From Bigelowiella natans CCMP2755 (Eukaryota; Protista; Cercozoa): DNA of 64,000 nucleotides. The translations under genes and the position numbers were made by a program. The notes beneath the pieces are model-generated. The model saw nothing but the letters and a program-made list of their open reading frames with translations, did not search any database and was not told the origin of the DNA. The stretch covers positions 20,356 to 84,355 of the forward strand of contig ADNK01000008.1 of the NCBI GenBank assembly GCA_000320545.1. Direction: 5' to 3'. How positions within the stretch are numbered: position 1 is the stretch's first letter; every line of letters starts with the position of its first letter. Shown here in pieces: positions 27,747-39,947 of this stretch.

Positions 27747-28279
27747 CACAGGCGACGTTAATAACGAGAAGAGATGAAAGGTTTCAAAATGAGGGGGGCA
27801 CAAGGGCCTACGGAGATCGACGAATTTCGCATGGATGAGGCTAGAGCCGCATGTGGAGTGGTTGCATAGGATCTTCATGGATCTTTTGATGTGAGCTGTG
27901 CACCATCATCATCGTGATGATGCTCCAGGAATTTGATCATCGAAGTCGAATAGCAACACAGGGATTAATTGCCACAAAATTGCCTGCGTTTTATACAAAA
28001 TTCCCCAGTCGCAAAGGAGTCTTCTCCCGGGCAAGATTTTGGTGTTTGGGAAACCAAACACCTTCGCGGGAAGAGTGCGGGCATCAGGGATTCTCAGTGA
28101 ATCCCCAAGGAGGTGAACACACGTAGGCGATCTTCAGAGAAAATGAACGTCTTTGTTCCATTTAAAATAAAAAAGGAGACAAATTCACGCGCTCCTCCAC
28201 GATTCATTCCCCTTTCCTTGACACAACCGAGGTCCAACAACAAACCAACGTCCCACGAAAGACGGAGTGTTCTATCAAT
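27747..28279. promoter_or_regulatory. Putative bidirectional promoter between SMARCAL1-like and DBF4
   Basis: About 530 bp separate the two inferred divergent start codons. Inferred from geometry only. Confidence 0.4.
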
Positions 28280-30092
28280 ATGGGAAAGAAGAAGTCCAAG
28301 GCGAATACAAAGGATGTCCCGCTCGAATGTACACCGCTAAGGAATCCTTTCAAGGGCGAGAACGTGTTCTTGGACATATCATCAACCAAGAAGCTCAAAG
28401 CAATCCAGGCTCGTTTGGAAGTCGCTGAAATGGTACATTTCGAATTTCCGAACCTACTTCTGTGGTTGCTAACACATCGTATCTCAGCGAATAGTCCCCA
28501 GTCTAGACAGGGAAGTCAGCATTTTGGTACGTCTTTACGAATCCGTCAAAGGTTTCTTAATCTCACAATGCACAATGAACGAAAAGGTTACGGACCAATG
28601 CATTCGAAGGCCTACGCGGCAGAAATCCAGCCAGGTAATAGTTTGTAGTAATTTTTAAATTAAGTTTTAGGTCACAATGCGGATTCTTTTAATTAGAGCA
28701 AATCGAGCTCTAGAAGCCTGAGAGGGCATAAGCTATTTGAAGCTTCTCTAAAAAAGGCGAAAGGGGTATTCCAAATACATTTCTCGGATCGATTCTTTTC
28801 TTATTGACTGTTACAAATTTATAAGGATTCAACGCAAGTGGTGAACATAGTCAACAAAGCTGAAAATATGGGAATAAAAGTTTACAGTTGTGAAAGAATA
28901 GAGCGGGTTAGTTTTCAAAAAAATAATATGCTTTCTGTTTAATTGACTAGAATTTTACGTTAGGAATTGGATAAGTTAGGCATCTTACATCAATCTCAAA
29001 ATCAAGGTGTGTATGAATTTCACCGATAAAGATTCATAAGATTTAGTTGGTGTTATTATTGACATCAGTGCGCAAAAAAGGAACGAAGAGAAGAAGATAT
29101 CCAAAGTTAATCCTTGGGGACTTAAGTGGTCGCTATGCAGCAATAGTCAAAGACTTTAGGTGCGCTTCAATCCAGAATTTCCAGAATATATCTTGAATCT
29201 CTTGTACTTTCAGCGGTATCGACTCTGGATCGACATATCCGGAAATGAATGTGGATGCTAAGGAAGGAGAATGCCCTTTCCTCCCGAAGAAAAGGACAAA
29301 GTCGGCCAAATCAAAGGCAAAATTTGATCAAAACTGGAAGTTGAGAGGCTATTGCGAGTGTTGCTCAGAGCATTATACCCGGGGACTTGCAAAACATGTG
29401 CTATCCTCAAAACATAAGGTAGTACCATGTTGGTTGCGTTTATATATAATTCCTGAGAGTCCGAAAATATTTTGTCAGGCATTTGTGAATAACCGATCCA
29501 ATTTCAAACAACTCGATGAGTTGTTTCTAGTTGTAAATAAGGAAATAGAGACCTCAAGCCATGGTCTCACGAATAATGTGAAAGAAAATAGAACTCATCC
29601 TGATTCGCAGAAGACCAGAACGAGTCGAAAGACTCCACTTTTAGCATTAGAGAAGGTCTGGATGCATAACACATCAACAATTGCAGATTTCTGAATTATT
29701 TTTACTTTCGGTAGAATACAATTCAACCTTCGAGACCCTGCAAAGAAATTTCTGGGATTACAAAGGTTATACTTTCAGCTAATCATCATACGGACAGCCT
29801 ACTAATATTGACTTTTCAGATGATGCAAGAAGCAACGCCTAGTCGAAGTTCAAAATACATTTTGAAGAAAAGGAACAGACCTTCAGCATCTGGTGACACA
29901 GCGGGGGGAAAGCAGAAACACGTCGAAATAATAAAGTCTAAATCATCTTCTCCGCCGAACAAAAGGTCAAGAACGGAAGTTCTAACACCACCTCCGGCAA
30001 TATTCAGCAACGATTATATGCACTCCCCGATCGACGATGATGGGCAAAAGTCCTCAGATAGGGTACGAGATGGTAACGAAGTATATTGTTGA
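28280..30092 (+). CDS. DBF4: Dbf4/ASK-like Cdc7 kinase regulatory subunit
   Basis: Dbf4-type zinc finger (motif C) GYCECCSEHYTRGLAKHVLSSKHK|AFVNNRSNFKQLDELF. The N-terminal PFKGENVFLDI segment resembles motif N/BRCT. Short GT-AG introns. Confidence 0.8.
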
Positions 30093-31060
30093 CGAAGCTA
30101 ATAGAGCTTTGGTCTGTGCAGTGAGGACAAAATGCGAACTGTGAAATAGAATTTATTATAAGTGAAAATGACATTCCATCGTATATGCACTGTACTGAAA
30201 GCGGTAGCCGTCGGCAGGTTGCATATAACCGCAGCGCAGCGCATGTTATCCGACGATTCTTATTATAAGCTACTATCCTACCAATGCCATACGCTACGCG
30301 ACAACCCATATTGCCACTTACTGGCAAGGCACTGTTTGTATAAAGGTACGGCACTGAAGCTATGCGCTTAAGCGTCCGCACCGTTGTAAACAATGAAAGC
30401 AATTCGCTATGCCCACGCTGGCTGGGCTTGCAAGCACACCATTGGTGCATGCTAGCATGCTAGCATGGCTGTGCATCATTGCTACTAATGAAGCTCGTAC
30501 ATGTTATGATACCGAGCATGACCAGCCTAGCTAGATGCCATTGCGTACGTAGGCTGCACTAGTGTAGGCAGAAAGCGCGCTATGACAAAAGCATATTAGA
30601 TGCTGCTGGTTTAGCTAATTCACTTAAACAAATTATTGATACGTGGTCATATGCAGCTAGAATGCAACTTACCCAGCTAGCTGGGGTTCCAGGAATTTAC
30701 GTACGTAAGCTTCACTAGTTCACTCTCTGCACACGCACACACATGTTACTAAGCGTATCACATCTGATCGACGACAGCACTCATAGTTCAATGCCGTTGC
30801 ATGCAGCTAATTACGTATATCACCAGCTATAGCGCTACACGTATACATTTGGCAGGGCGTAGCAACATCGGTAGTTTGAAACTTTAATAATATCGATCGA
30901 ATGGATGCTTGACTTGCACATTTTGACATGCGCTCACTCTAGAAGGTAAGGTACATTATGCGTGATTCACAATGTGAGCTGGCTACAAAAACTCACTGCA
31001 ACGTCCATGACCAAACAATGACTGCAGCACAAGTTAATACATCATATGTATTGTCATCAT

Positions 31061-32160
31061 TTAATAGAGACTTGTTTGCTTCATAATAGACATGAACTCA
31101 TCCAGGCTGATCTTTCCATCCTGTTGACCAGATATATCGTTAGCGTAATGAAAGACTGATTTTTTGCTGTCTTCTGCAATAGTGACCTGGTCTGTATCAA
31201 ATTCCTCGATCATAGCAGTGAGTTCTTCATCTGAGAGAACCTCGCCCTAATTCATAAATTAATTTCTGTGATTTTACATAGCAGTAAACTTAATGGCAGA
31301 TAAACCAGTTCTCTCGATACACGGCGCAGGTTTTTCATCGATATGAATCCGGTATCGTCGTCGTCAAATAGAGCGAAAGCCTTCTTCATTTCCTCCTCGG
31401 GGTCACGCTGAAGGACCTTTTCCCCCATGATCTCTGCAAAATCAGCATATGAAATTTTCCCGGTCTGGTTCCTACACAGGATAGGAGGACAACATTCTTT
31501 ATCAGGGATTGAAATTTAAGAAATTTTAATAAGAATGCCTACCTGTCGTACTCTTTCATGATTTTCACAACCTCTTGCTTCTGAACATTAAACCCAAGAG
31601 CTCGCATTGCGACCTTCCCAGTAAATTGCAAAGGAAATTAAAATTGAATATATACAACATACAGTTCCCATCTGGAATCTAAAACTTGATTTATTTCATA
31701 GTACAACTGGTTTCATTAGTTTGGTTACCTTGAGTTCATGGTAATCAATACTGCCCGTCTTATCCGTATCGAAGAGATCGAATGCCTATGTCATTTATTT
31801 ATTGATCAATTTTTATTCTAGCATTTGCAACTAGACAATAGAGACCTCCTTAATCTCCTGTTTTTGTTCTTCTGTGAGGGTTGGTCTGGTAGATTTCCCA
31901 CCTGCACAAGCAAGCAAATGTAATGACCAAAAATCGTGGGAGGAAGAACGAAGTCCCAATTGAAAATAGAATAGCGTTTCAGAACATCTTACACTAGATG
32001 AGTATTAAAATTTTACGATCGCAAAATGAATTTTCCGAATCGCATCCCCATAACAATGTAAATGCTGACCCAGGTGCAGATACAGTAATTCCCATATATA
32101 AGTTCCCCTCTCTCCCGTAGTTCCTACTATCCCTTCCCAATCACTTATTATATTTTTAAA

Positions 32161-32205
<45 letters not shown>

Positions 32206-32367
32206 CCCTACTCAACATGGGCAATCCTCCAAAAACTGAGAATGGGTCTTTTTCTTCCCATTATTTCATTTTGGTGAAATTCTAATAAATGATTCATTCC
32301 TATTTTTACCCTTACGACGGCTGTACTTGCCAAAGCCAAGTCCGTGCTTTGTTTCCGTGGACAACAT
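31061..32367 (-). CDS. CETN3: Centrin-3/Cdc31-type EF-hand protein (missed by the ORF track because the exons are small)
   Basis: Spliced sequence: LTEEQKQEIKE|AFDLFDTDKTGSIDYHELK|VAMRALGFNVQKQEVVKIMKEYDR|NQTGKISYADFAEIMGEKVLQRDPEEEMKKAFALFDDDDTGFISMKNLRRVSREL|GEVLSDEELTAMIEEFDTDQ|DGKISLDEFMSIMKQTSLY*. DYHELK is typical of the centrin-3 subfamily. Confidence 0.92.
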
Positions 32368-33124
32368 TCTCAGTATGGGCGCCTTCTTAGACTCAGCTTT
32401 AACTTCTCGCCTTGTTCTGTTCCCGCCATATCCCTCTTTGTGCAGACTAAAATGCTAATGTGGTAAAAATCATCTGATTTATGACATACGTCATGAGGAT
32501 ACTAGGATTTCCAAACAAATTAAGCTAGATCAACCCTTTGAATAGTGTGATATCAGGATCTTAAAATGTGGAAGCAGATCATTTTCTACCAAGAATGTAC
32601 GTAAAGGACATTTTGCTGGGAAAGTGTTGTCTCAAGTTTAAATTGCATGGAAATGGGTCAAGTTCAACAGCATCAGCTTTTTGGCGCGTCACTGTTGTTA
32701 TTGTTGTGAAAACGAGTGAAAAACGAAAGACATCCTCAAAACCGGAGGGGTTTGGATCTACGACTAAGTGAATGAACGCATAACGCACTGGGTTTATCCG
32801 AAAATAATATTTGGAGATTGGAATGCTCCTGAGAACGCATCAAAACGAGCACTGTACAACAGCTCCAAGAATATGCTGAAGCAAGTCTCTTTTATTCATG
32901 CGACAATATTTATAATCAATATTTGCTATTAATTTGCAAGATTTCTTCCTCAATATTTGCATGCGCGGTGGGCCTCACCGACACATACGATATCGATTAT
33001 CTTGTGCTTTGCTTGCTTTATAACACAGCTAATGCAACGCTTTAATAACAGTCTCAGTAACACACAAGACACGGTGTTTCGAAGTACACGTCCTTGTGTC
33101 TATTATGGTTTTCCTTTCGTTCGG

Positions 33125-34224
33125 ATGGACAGCGCAAAGAGTGGCAAGGTTTGAAGTACTGCGTTCATTCCGAATCCTCTGATTGTATCTTTCGAAATGT
33201 GTTGCCTTTGAAGGAAAAGGATTCGGAATTTCTCGGGGACATCTCGATTTCTCACGTCATCTCCCGGTCTTAATGATAAGAGGGGCACAGCTGTGGTAAT
33301 CGGGGGGACCGGATATGTTGGGTCACACGTAGTCAAACAACTACTGAGCAAAAACTATCGCGTTCGAGCCACTTCTCGGGATGCAAAGAAAGCGGCCTGG
33401 ATTAAGAATATATTGTCACCAACCTCTGCTCAGAATGAAGCAAACAAGGGAACAGGAGAAAATGAAAGCGATGTCGAAATCTTCGAGCTTAGCTTGTCAA
33501 ACACTACCCCCACCGATGCCAAGATGGACTCCCTCCTCAATGGGACTGATGCTGTATTTTTCTGTGCTGGCTTCGAAAGGCAAGATCCATCAACGATAGA
33601 TTTTATGGTTAACAACGCACAGGCTACAATCCAGGCTGCCAAGCGTCAAAAGGTTTCATGTGTCGTCCTGACCAGCAGCGGAGGAAGCACAAATCCATCT
33701 GACCACCCCAACGAGGTCCCAAAAAAGGAACATGAACATTGGAGTGACCCAGAATCACAAAAACAACGTGGAAGATTCTCCCCGGCTGCAAAGACACTAA
33801 TGGAGATTCATGCCCTGGCTGCCGTTGGAAGGAATCAGGCCAACCAGATCGTTCAACCGGAGAAAGCCAAAGATGCGCCAAGACTTTGCATAATGAACCC
33901 CAACCTCATCCTCGGTCCACAGCTACACCCGGGGCCAATTTCAGGCAACTCACTACCTTGGATTGTGCGAATTCTAAAGGGAGAGGCCATGAACGAGACC
34001 ATACCTAACGACTCCATGAGTATCATTGATGTCCGAGATCTGGCTCTTTTGCACGTGGCCTGCTTCGAGAACGAGGATGCGTCAGGAAGGTCTCTAGTCT
34101 ATAATTGCAAGTGCCTGTCTTTAGAAACACTGAAAACTAAATTAGATATTTGATAATTGGTATCACGTATTGGAAATATGTGATACGAGACGCTGCGACT
34201 CATTATGTTTCTGCAACATATTTG

Positions 34225-34262
<38 letters not shown>

Positions 34263-34574
34263 GTTATATTTACATGGATTATTACGCGTTTGCGTGTACG
34301 TGCACGTGCATAACTATGTTTATATATGGCGTACATTAGGTATTTTGGAGTAGATAAGTCCTATCCATGGGAGGAAATCTTGACGGTTTTCGAGGATGCA
34401 CTACCATCCTATGAAAAGCCTCCAAGATTCGAGGGTGTGCAGCACACTCCAACTCAATTTGATTTTACTCGAAGAGACTCCCTAGGTGTTAAATTACGGC
34501 CCCTAAAAGAAACAATGGGCGATTTAATAGCCTTCTTGCAATCGAAAGGGGTTTTAATCGGTGAAAGGTCGTGA
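33125..34574 (+). CDS. NAD(P)-dependent epimerase/dehydratase family reductase (extended SDR, DFR/CCR/aldehyde reductase-like), 3 exons
   Basis: MDSAKSGK|RGTAVVIGGTGYVGSHVVKQLLSKNYRVRAT (Rossmann GxxGxxG), VVLTSSGGS, MNPNLILGP, IIDVRDLALLHV...ASGR|YF. Confidence 0.88.
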
Positions 34575-35083
34575 TTTCTTGTCCTTTTAATAGACATGGT
34601 ATAAACTTTATATGTAGTAATGTATAGCAGATACATTGCCCATTACTTGAATATGGTAATAATGAATCAGAGTGAGACAGGTTGAATGCAATTAATGATG
34701 TACTTCGCATTGCCATTCGAATCTGCCATACTATTAGTCATATATGCATACACAATCCACTGGCCCAGTAGGCGGATCGAATCGAAGTAGAAGGCTTAAG
34801 CGTCATGTTGCATGGATGCTGCATTACAAAAGGCAACTTGCGAAATTGCATAGCTATGCCATAATTTTATGTCGCGTCTATACGTACGTCATTCTACTAC
34901 TCATTGATCATTTAAATCAGCGGCTATCTCTAGCAGCTTGGTAGCATCCGCCCATGCCATCTACCACCTTTATTTCCATTGCTCTATACGCTGAGAGCAT
35001 GCGCAATATATATAGGCAGATCAAACACATATTGCATGGCGATCTGCTGCTGCAGGACTAGAGGAGTGATCGATGCGATGCGA

Positions 35084-35118
35084 TATATGGGACGGATGTA
35101 ATGATTAATTTTATCAAC
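35084..35118 (+). mobile_element. Degenerate third copy of the TIR end
   Basis: tatatgggacggatgtaatgattaattttatcaa shares the core gacggatgtaatga and the T-rich..caa end. Confidence 0.45.
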
Positions 35119-35589
35119 TAGAATGGTCATCCTAATGTAGCTATGCAATGCAGCGGCTACAGCGCTTACATTACGATGACACGATATGTACAGCTACTAA
35201 TAGTATCGTAATAGTCCGTGCTACTATACGTCAACAGAGCGTACCGCTATGCCCTTATATATATATCCTGAATCTAGACCATATAACATGCAGACAGGCT
35301 ATATATAGCTCCTAGCTATATGCAGCAGCCACGATATACGATATCGATGCATGTGCTACTGCACATATGTCTATCAATTAATAACATGTTATTACATACA
35401 CACATACTAGGCAACACTCATACATGCATAGTATAGATACAAAATACCACGTATTCTGGCTCTACGATATGTTGCTGTGCACAGGTTGCGCAGTTTCAAA
35501 ACAGATACCCCATGCATGAATGCACGTACGTTGCACAAAAATATTTCGCAACAAATAAATGAAGGATATCCTTTACAGGGGGGAGAGCA

Positions 35590-36321
35590 TCACATAGCTC
35601 CAACTTCTTCTTGCTCGGCTAAGATGGCGTCCATAAGCATCTCATCCTCAGCATCTATGAGCGGGTCTTCACCTCCGACTCCAAATTCTAGATGACCGGG
35701 ATTGGGGACTGGGCTATCAATTTTGTTGTTGTCAAAACCCTGCATGTCGTCATCATCGAAGAAAGAAGACTTTTTGTTCTGTGGAGACCAGTCTCCGACT
35801 CTATCCCGGCCTTTGTCTACAGCTGGCCGATTGTACTCGTATTTATCGGCAGGCTCCTCGAGGCCCAACGAATGTGCCACGTGTGAAACACCTGCCACCT
35901 CTTTTCTACCGGCTGGCTTATAGTTTGATAACGGCGATTCAGCACTTGCTACAGCCGTCGTCTTGCCCTGATTTGCTCTCTTGAACTTATCAGGATCGAA
36001 GCCTGCAGCCTCCGCTAGCTGCGCGTTTTCCTTCAACTTAGTCTCTATGAGAATTTCGTTGTCTATTTCTTCCATGTCCTTCAGCAAAGCATTTCGCAGA
36101 GCCTCATTGTTTTGCTCCGATGTTTCATTTTTACCCTTTCGCTCTTGCTTTTTTGGTTTCTTCTTCTCTTCCGTTTGACGGCGTTTATTTATGTTTGAAT
36201 CTGGAAGACAAGTTTTCCTTTAGAATTTCTGTTTCTCAATGTATGTAAATGACAAGGGTGTGCATCATGCCATGTCAACATAAACATCATTGATGTTTTA
36301 CGCCAAATACATATAAATATA

Positions 36322-36362
<41 letters not shown>

Positions 36363-36800
36363 AATCTGTATATGTTAAAACATTGTTTGTTGATCAAGTT
36401 AAAAAGTATGAAGTGAACCTTGTACTGACTCTCTTTTTGTTTCGTCTAAGCTGGTGCTTTCTGGTCTGCGCTCTGGCTTCACATCTCCTTTGTTATCCAC
36501 ACTTACACTACTGCTATCCTTGTTTTTTTTATGTTCTTCATTAGCCCACTTATCTTCTTCTTTTTGCGCTTTTTCGAAAGGGTTCTTCGTTCTCTTCGCT
36601 GCGGCCTTAGAGCCAGCCTGTAAGGCGTCGTACTCGTCATCAATTTCCTTGTTTTGCTCCATTTGCCTCTTCAGGCTAGATTTATTTCCCTCAGTTTCTC
36701 TAGGTTTCTCCGAATCCGCAGCTTTGCCATTTATCTGCTGAGAATTCTTAGACTCAGCGTCCTCCGGAGAAGCTGGTGGGGACGACGCGCCACATCCCAT
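35590..36800 (-). CDS. Hypothetical hydrophilic protein with N-terminal MGC myristoylation/palmitoylation signal, 2 exons
   Basis: ORF 36399..36800 starts MGCGASS. A (TA)n-containing intron at ~36200-36420 joins it to ORF 35590..36087. Charged, low-complexity sequence with acidic C-terminal DAEDEMLMDAILAE. Confidence 0.65.
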
Positions 36801-37988
36801 TGCGAACTATTGATTGTGAGAAAAGGTGCATGAATTAGTTTCTGTTCGTCCATACTGCAAAAGTAGAAAAGAAAAAGAGGATCAAGTGCGCAGTACGACT
36901 ACCTTCTCCTAAGATGCAGAGATGAATAAATTAAGTTGAAATAACTGGAATGTCTTAACCCGAGCGAATTAAAACAGCTGGGGTCGTGCGGCTGCAGTAT
37001 CGACTGAGTCAATATTGAGCAACAAGCAACACATTCAATGGATCGTATTTACTGGTTACATAATTTTTCACTTGGGAAGATGTGTTTGTTGCAGACAAGA
37101 CGAATGTATTTTCCTCTCTTAGATCATGCGAAGTTAGCATAAAAGCGAATCAACACAAAACTTCATCACACAGTCTCGAGAGAACTTGGATGCAGTTCAC
37201 AAGAGGCATCTTTGAAACTCAATCTAGAATTGGAGGTGTGGATTTTCTTCTCAACACCCCGTGCTTGAGAAAAACGGGCTGCACATTCGAATGTACCAGG
37301 AAGCCCTGGATAACCCGAATACCCAATGGGCACGTGGAAAGTCATTATTATCTCTACATGATGTACCAGGTCAGTTTCGAGACTAGAATGAGCAGTCCGC
37401 GCAGAGCCTGACTCTTCGTTGGCCGGCACAGCGTAGTCCTCTGCTCGATTGTGTGTGCCACGAGTATGGAGGGATAGACTCTACTGTCGTCGTGAATTCT
37501 AAGAAACAAGAAACCTAAACAAGCCTCGGAAACCCTGAACTGAGTGCGATTATTTGTTTTAGAACAAAAAGTCTTCGCATGTCACATCGGCGTTGCCAAA
37601 AAAACGCTTCCTCCCAATCGATACGCCGAATCCTTCACATTTTAACCTTGCGACAACCCAAATTTGGAAGTCACAGGTGGATAAAATCCCCACTGCGAGT
37701 GGTAGATCTAGATCTACACAGATCTACGCCGGAATTTTGACAGAAACGCATTTCATCCCGGCAATACCGGCCCTCCTCGCATTCGGCAATCAATCAATCC
37801 TGTCATATGATGTATAGAGGAATTATGAAGTGCGACAATGATATATGTTGTCGTAAGAGGATAATGGGAGAGTGGTGGTGTACGCTCAACACACAGACTC
37901 GACGGAAGGAGCGGAAGGAGGACGGGGCGGGTCCCTGTGCCGTGCAAACGGATTTCGCCTCGAGTCTCGCAAGCCGTGCTCGCCGAAG

Positions 37989-39049
37989 ATGATGCGAGAT
38001 TTGGCCAAAGTATTGGGCCTGAAAAATGCTGCTAATCGAGCACTCTCTGCCTTGGCCTTAGGTATTCACCAAGGAGTTGGGCAGGGCTTTTTACGTTCGT
38101 GATAGCTACAATCATGAACGCTGATGCCTTTGTTCGTAACGTTTTTAAATTGATGCTTTATTGTATCTCATACACTCAGAAGATGATATTTTTATTATTA
38201 TTACTCCAAATAGTGGCCATGCTTGCTTTAGCAGCGAACGTCTTGGGGACGAAGAGGGGCATTAGAAAAAAAAAGGATTGGTTCAACGGATGTCTTCGAA
38301 GCGAATCGGGATATCTAGGACAGTCATTGGAAGAAAAGAGATGCCTAATGATTACAGACAAAATGGAGCCATGTTCATCGCATGCAACGACGAACTTTCC
38401 TGTTTGCTGCTGGGTGAAGGCAGGGTCAAAATTGGACATGTTCCATCCCGAAAGATTCAACGAAGTTTTTATCTCAAGCGACCAGCTGTCCTTACTGGAA
38501 ACAAGCCTGCATAACTCTTATGCAGTACTTCGTCCTGGAGGGCAAATCATTATCCAACCGGACAAGGGCCTCAAATTTTCGACATCAAATTTGAAGCTGG
38601 CAGGATTCATACATGTACGCACGGGTGCGACGGAAACACCGTCCCGACGAATTATAGGGACAAAGCCAAGTTGGAATGTGAATTCATTCAAACGTTTACT
38701 TACCAAAAGTTCCTGGGAAGCACAACCGGAGGAGTCAGCAGTTATGATTGACCCGGAGTCATTAATTGACATCTCCCCGAAACCGGATGCCGAGAAAGTC
38801 TTGGCCAGTAGCCCACCAGCTCGACGACGCGCATGTGAAAATTGTGTTTGTGGCAGGAAGGAAAAGGAAGTTCGAGGCGAGCTCGTCGATGAGGAAATTT
38901 TTGACAAAAGTGGAAATCTGATACCACCTAAAACCGGTGGGTGCGGGAACTGTGCACGGGGAGACGATTATAGATGTGACGGGTGTCCTTATAAAGGACA
39001 GCCTGCTTTTAGAGTTGTAGACAATATGGTTAAGCTTAAAAATGAATAA
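37989..39049 (+). CDS. DRE2: Anamorsin/Dre2 (CIAPIN1) Fe-S assembly protein with N-terminal signal-like extension
   Basis: C-terminal motifs [11 protein letters not shown] and [25 protein letters not shown], plus methyltransferase-like VLRPGG...LKLAGF. A phase-1 GT-AG intron at 38062-38213 gives N-terminus [45 protein letters not shown]. Confidence 0.88.
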
Positions 39050-39769
39050 ATTACCGAATAATAGACCTAGAGGCTATACTGCATATTCGATTGTGAAGCA
39101 TACTCTAGATAGTAGCATAATATGTATGTATCGTTTATCATCTAGATCATGGCACAGGCTCAAGCATCATCATGCATCATGCATCGTCATCATCGCGTCC
39201 ATCATCGCATACCTAGATGCATAGCAGAGTAGCGTTATCGTCATCATCTATTATTAATGTTATCATTACACATTAGAATCAGCACACATGACACAGCACA
39301 TGGTCGCGTCGTATGGTTGTTGTCCCAGCTATTATCATCTAGACGACTAGGGCGGTGCGTCTCCGCGAGCTTGTGCGAAGCTACGCTCTGCACTACAGAT
39401 GTGTAGTGATCACATTGTAGTGGCTGCACAGTATAGATCTAGAGATGTTTGCGATGCGATCGATGTGCACCGTCACGCACTAGCTAGCTACTAGACTAGT
39501 ATAAGTATAGAGATAGCGCTGCCAGCTGGGAACGACCACATCATTGAAGGTATTGTCATTGTGTTGTGACATGCAGGCCATTGCCATGCTCATATTGGAT
39601 TTGCTGCCAAAGCACCAACCTAGTAGCAACTTCGCAGCGCTGCTGACTCGTCAGTAGCCCATGCTACCGCATCTTGAGGCTAAATAGTCATGCGCACGCT
39701 GCGACGCTCTCTAGCTCTGTCTGTACCAGCTAGCCAGGAATAGCTAGATAGCTACGTGTACACATGATA

Positions 39770-39947
39770 TGTGAGACGGATGTAATGAAATGTTTAAATT
39801 TTTTCAATGATATGTGCACATAGATAGCGTGTGCGTTACATGGTACATGATGTGCTCACTCCTTTAAACAACGCAGTAGCTACGCTAGTGTTAAAGGGCG
39901 CACGTACAGTTGAAAAGATTTAATCACTTCATTACATCCCTCTCACA
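39770..39947. mobile_element. MITE-like non-autonomous element, ~178 bp, with 38-bp terminal inverted repeats
   Basis: Left end tgtgagacggatgtaatgaaatgtttaaattttttcaa (39770-39807) versus reverse complement of 39910-39947, tgtgagagggatgtaatgaagtgattaaatcttttcaa: 4 mismatches in 38. No ORF inside. Confidence 0.75.

Noticed and set aside
38099-38215. ORF-track N-terminus of Dre2 (MIATIMN...MIFLLLLLQ)
   Set aside because: Most likely read-through of an AT-rich intron. A GT donor at 38062 and AG acceptor at 38213 give an in-frame alternative.
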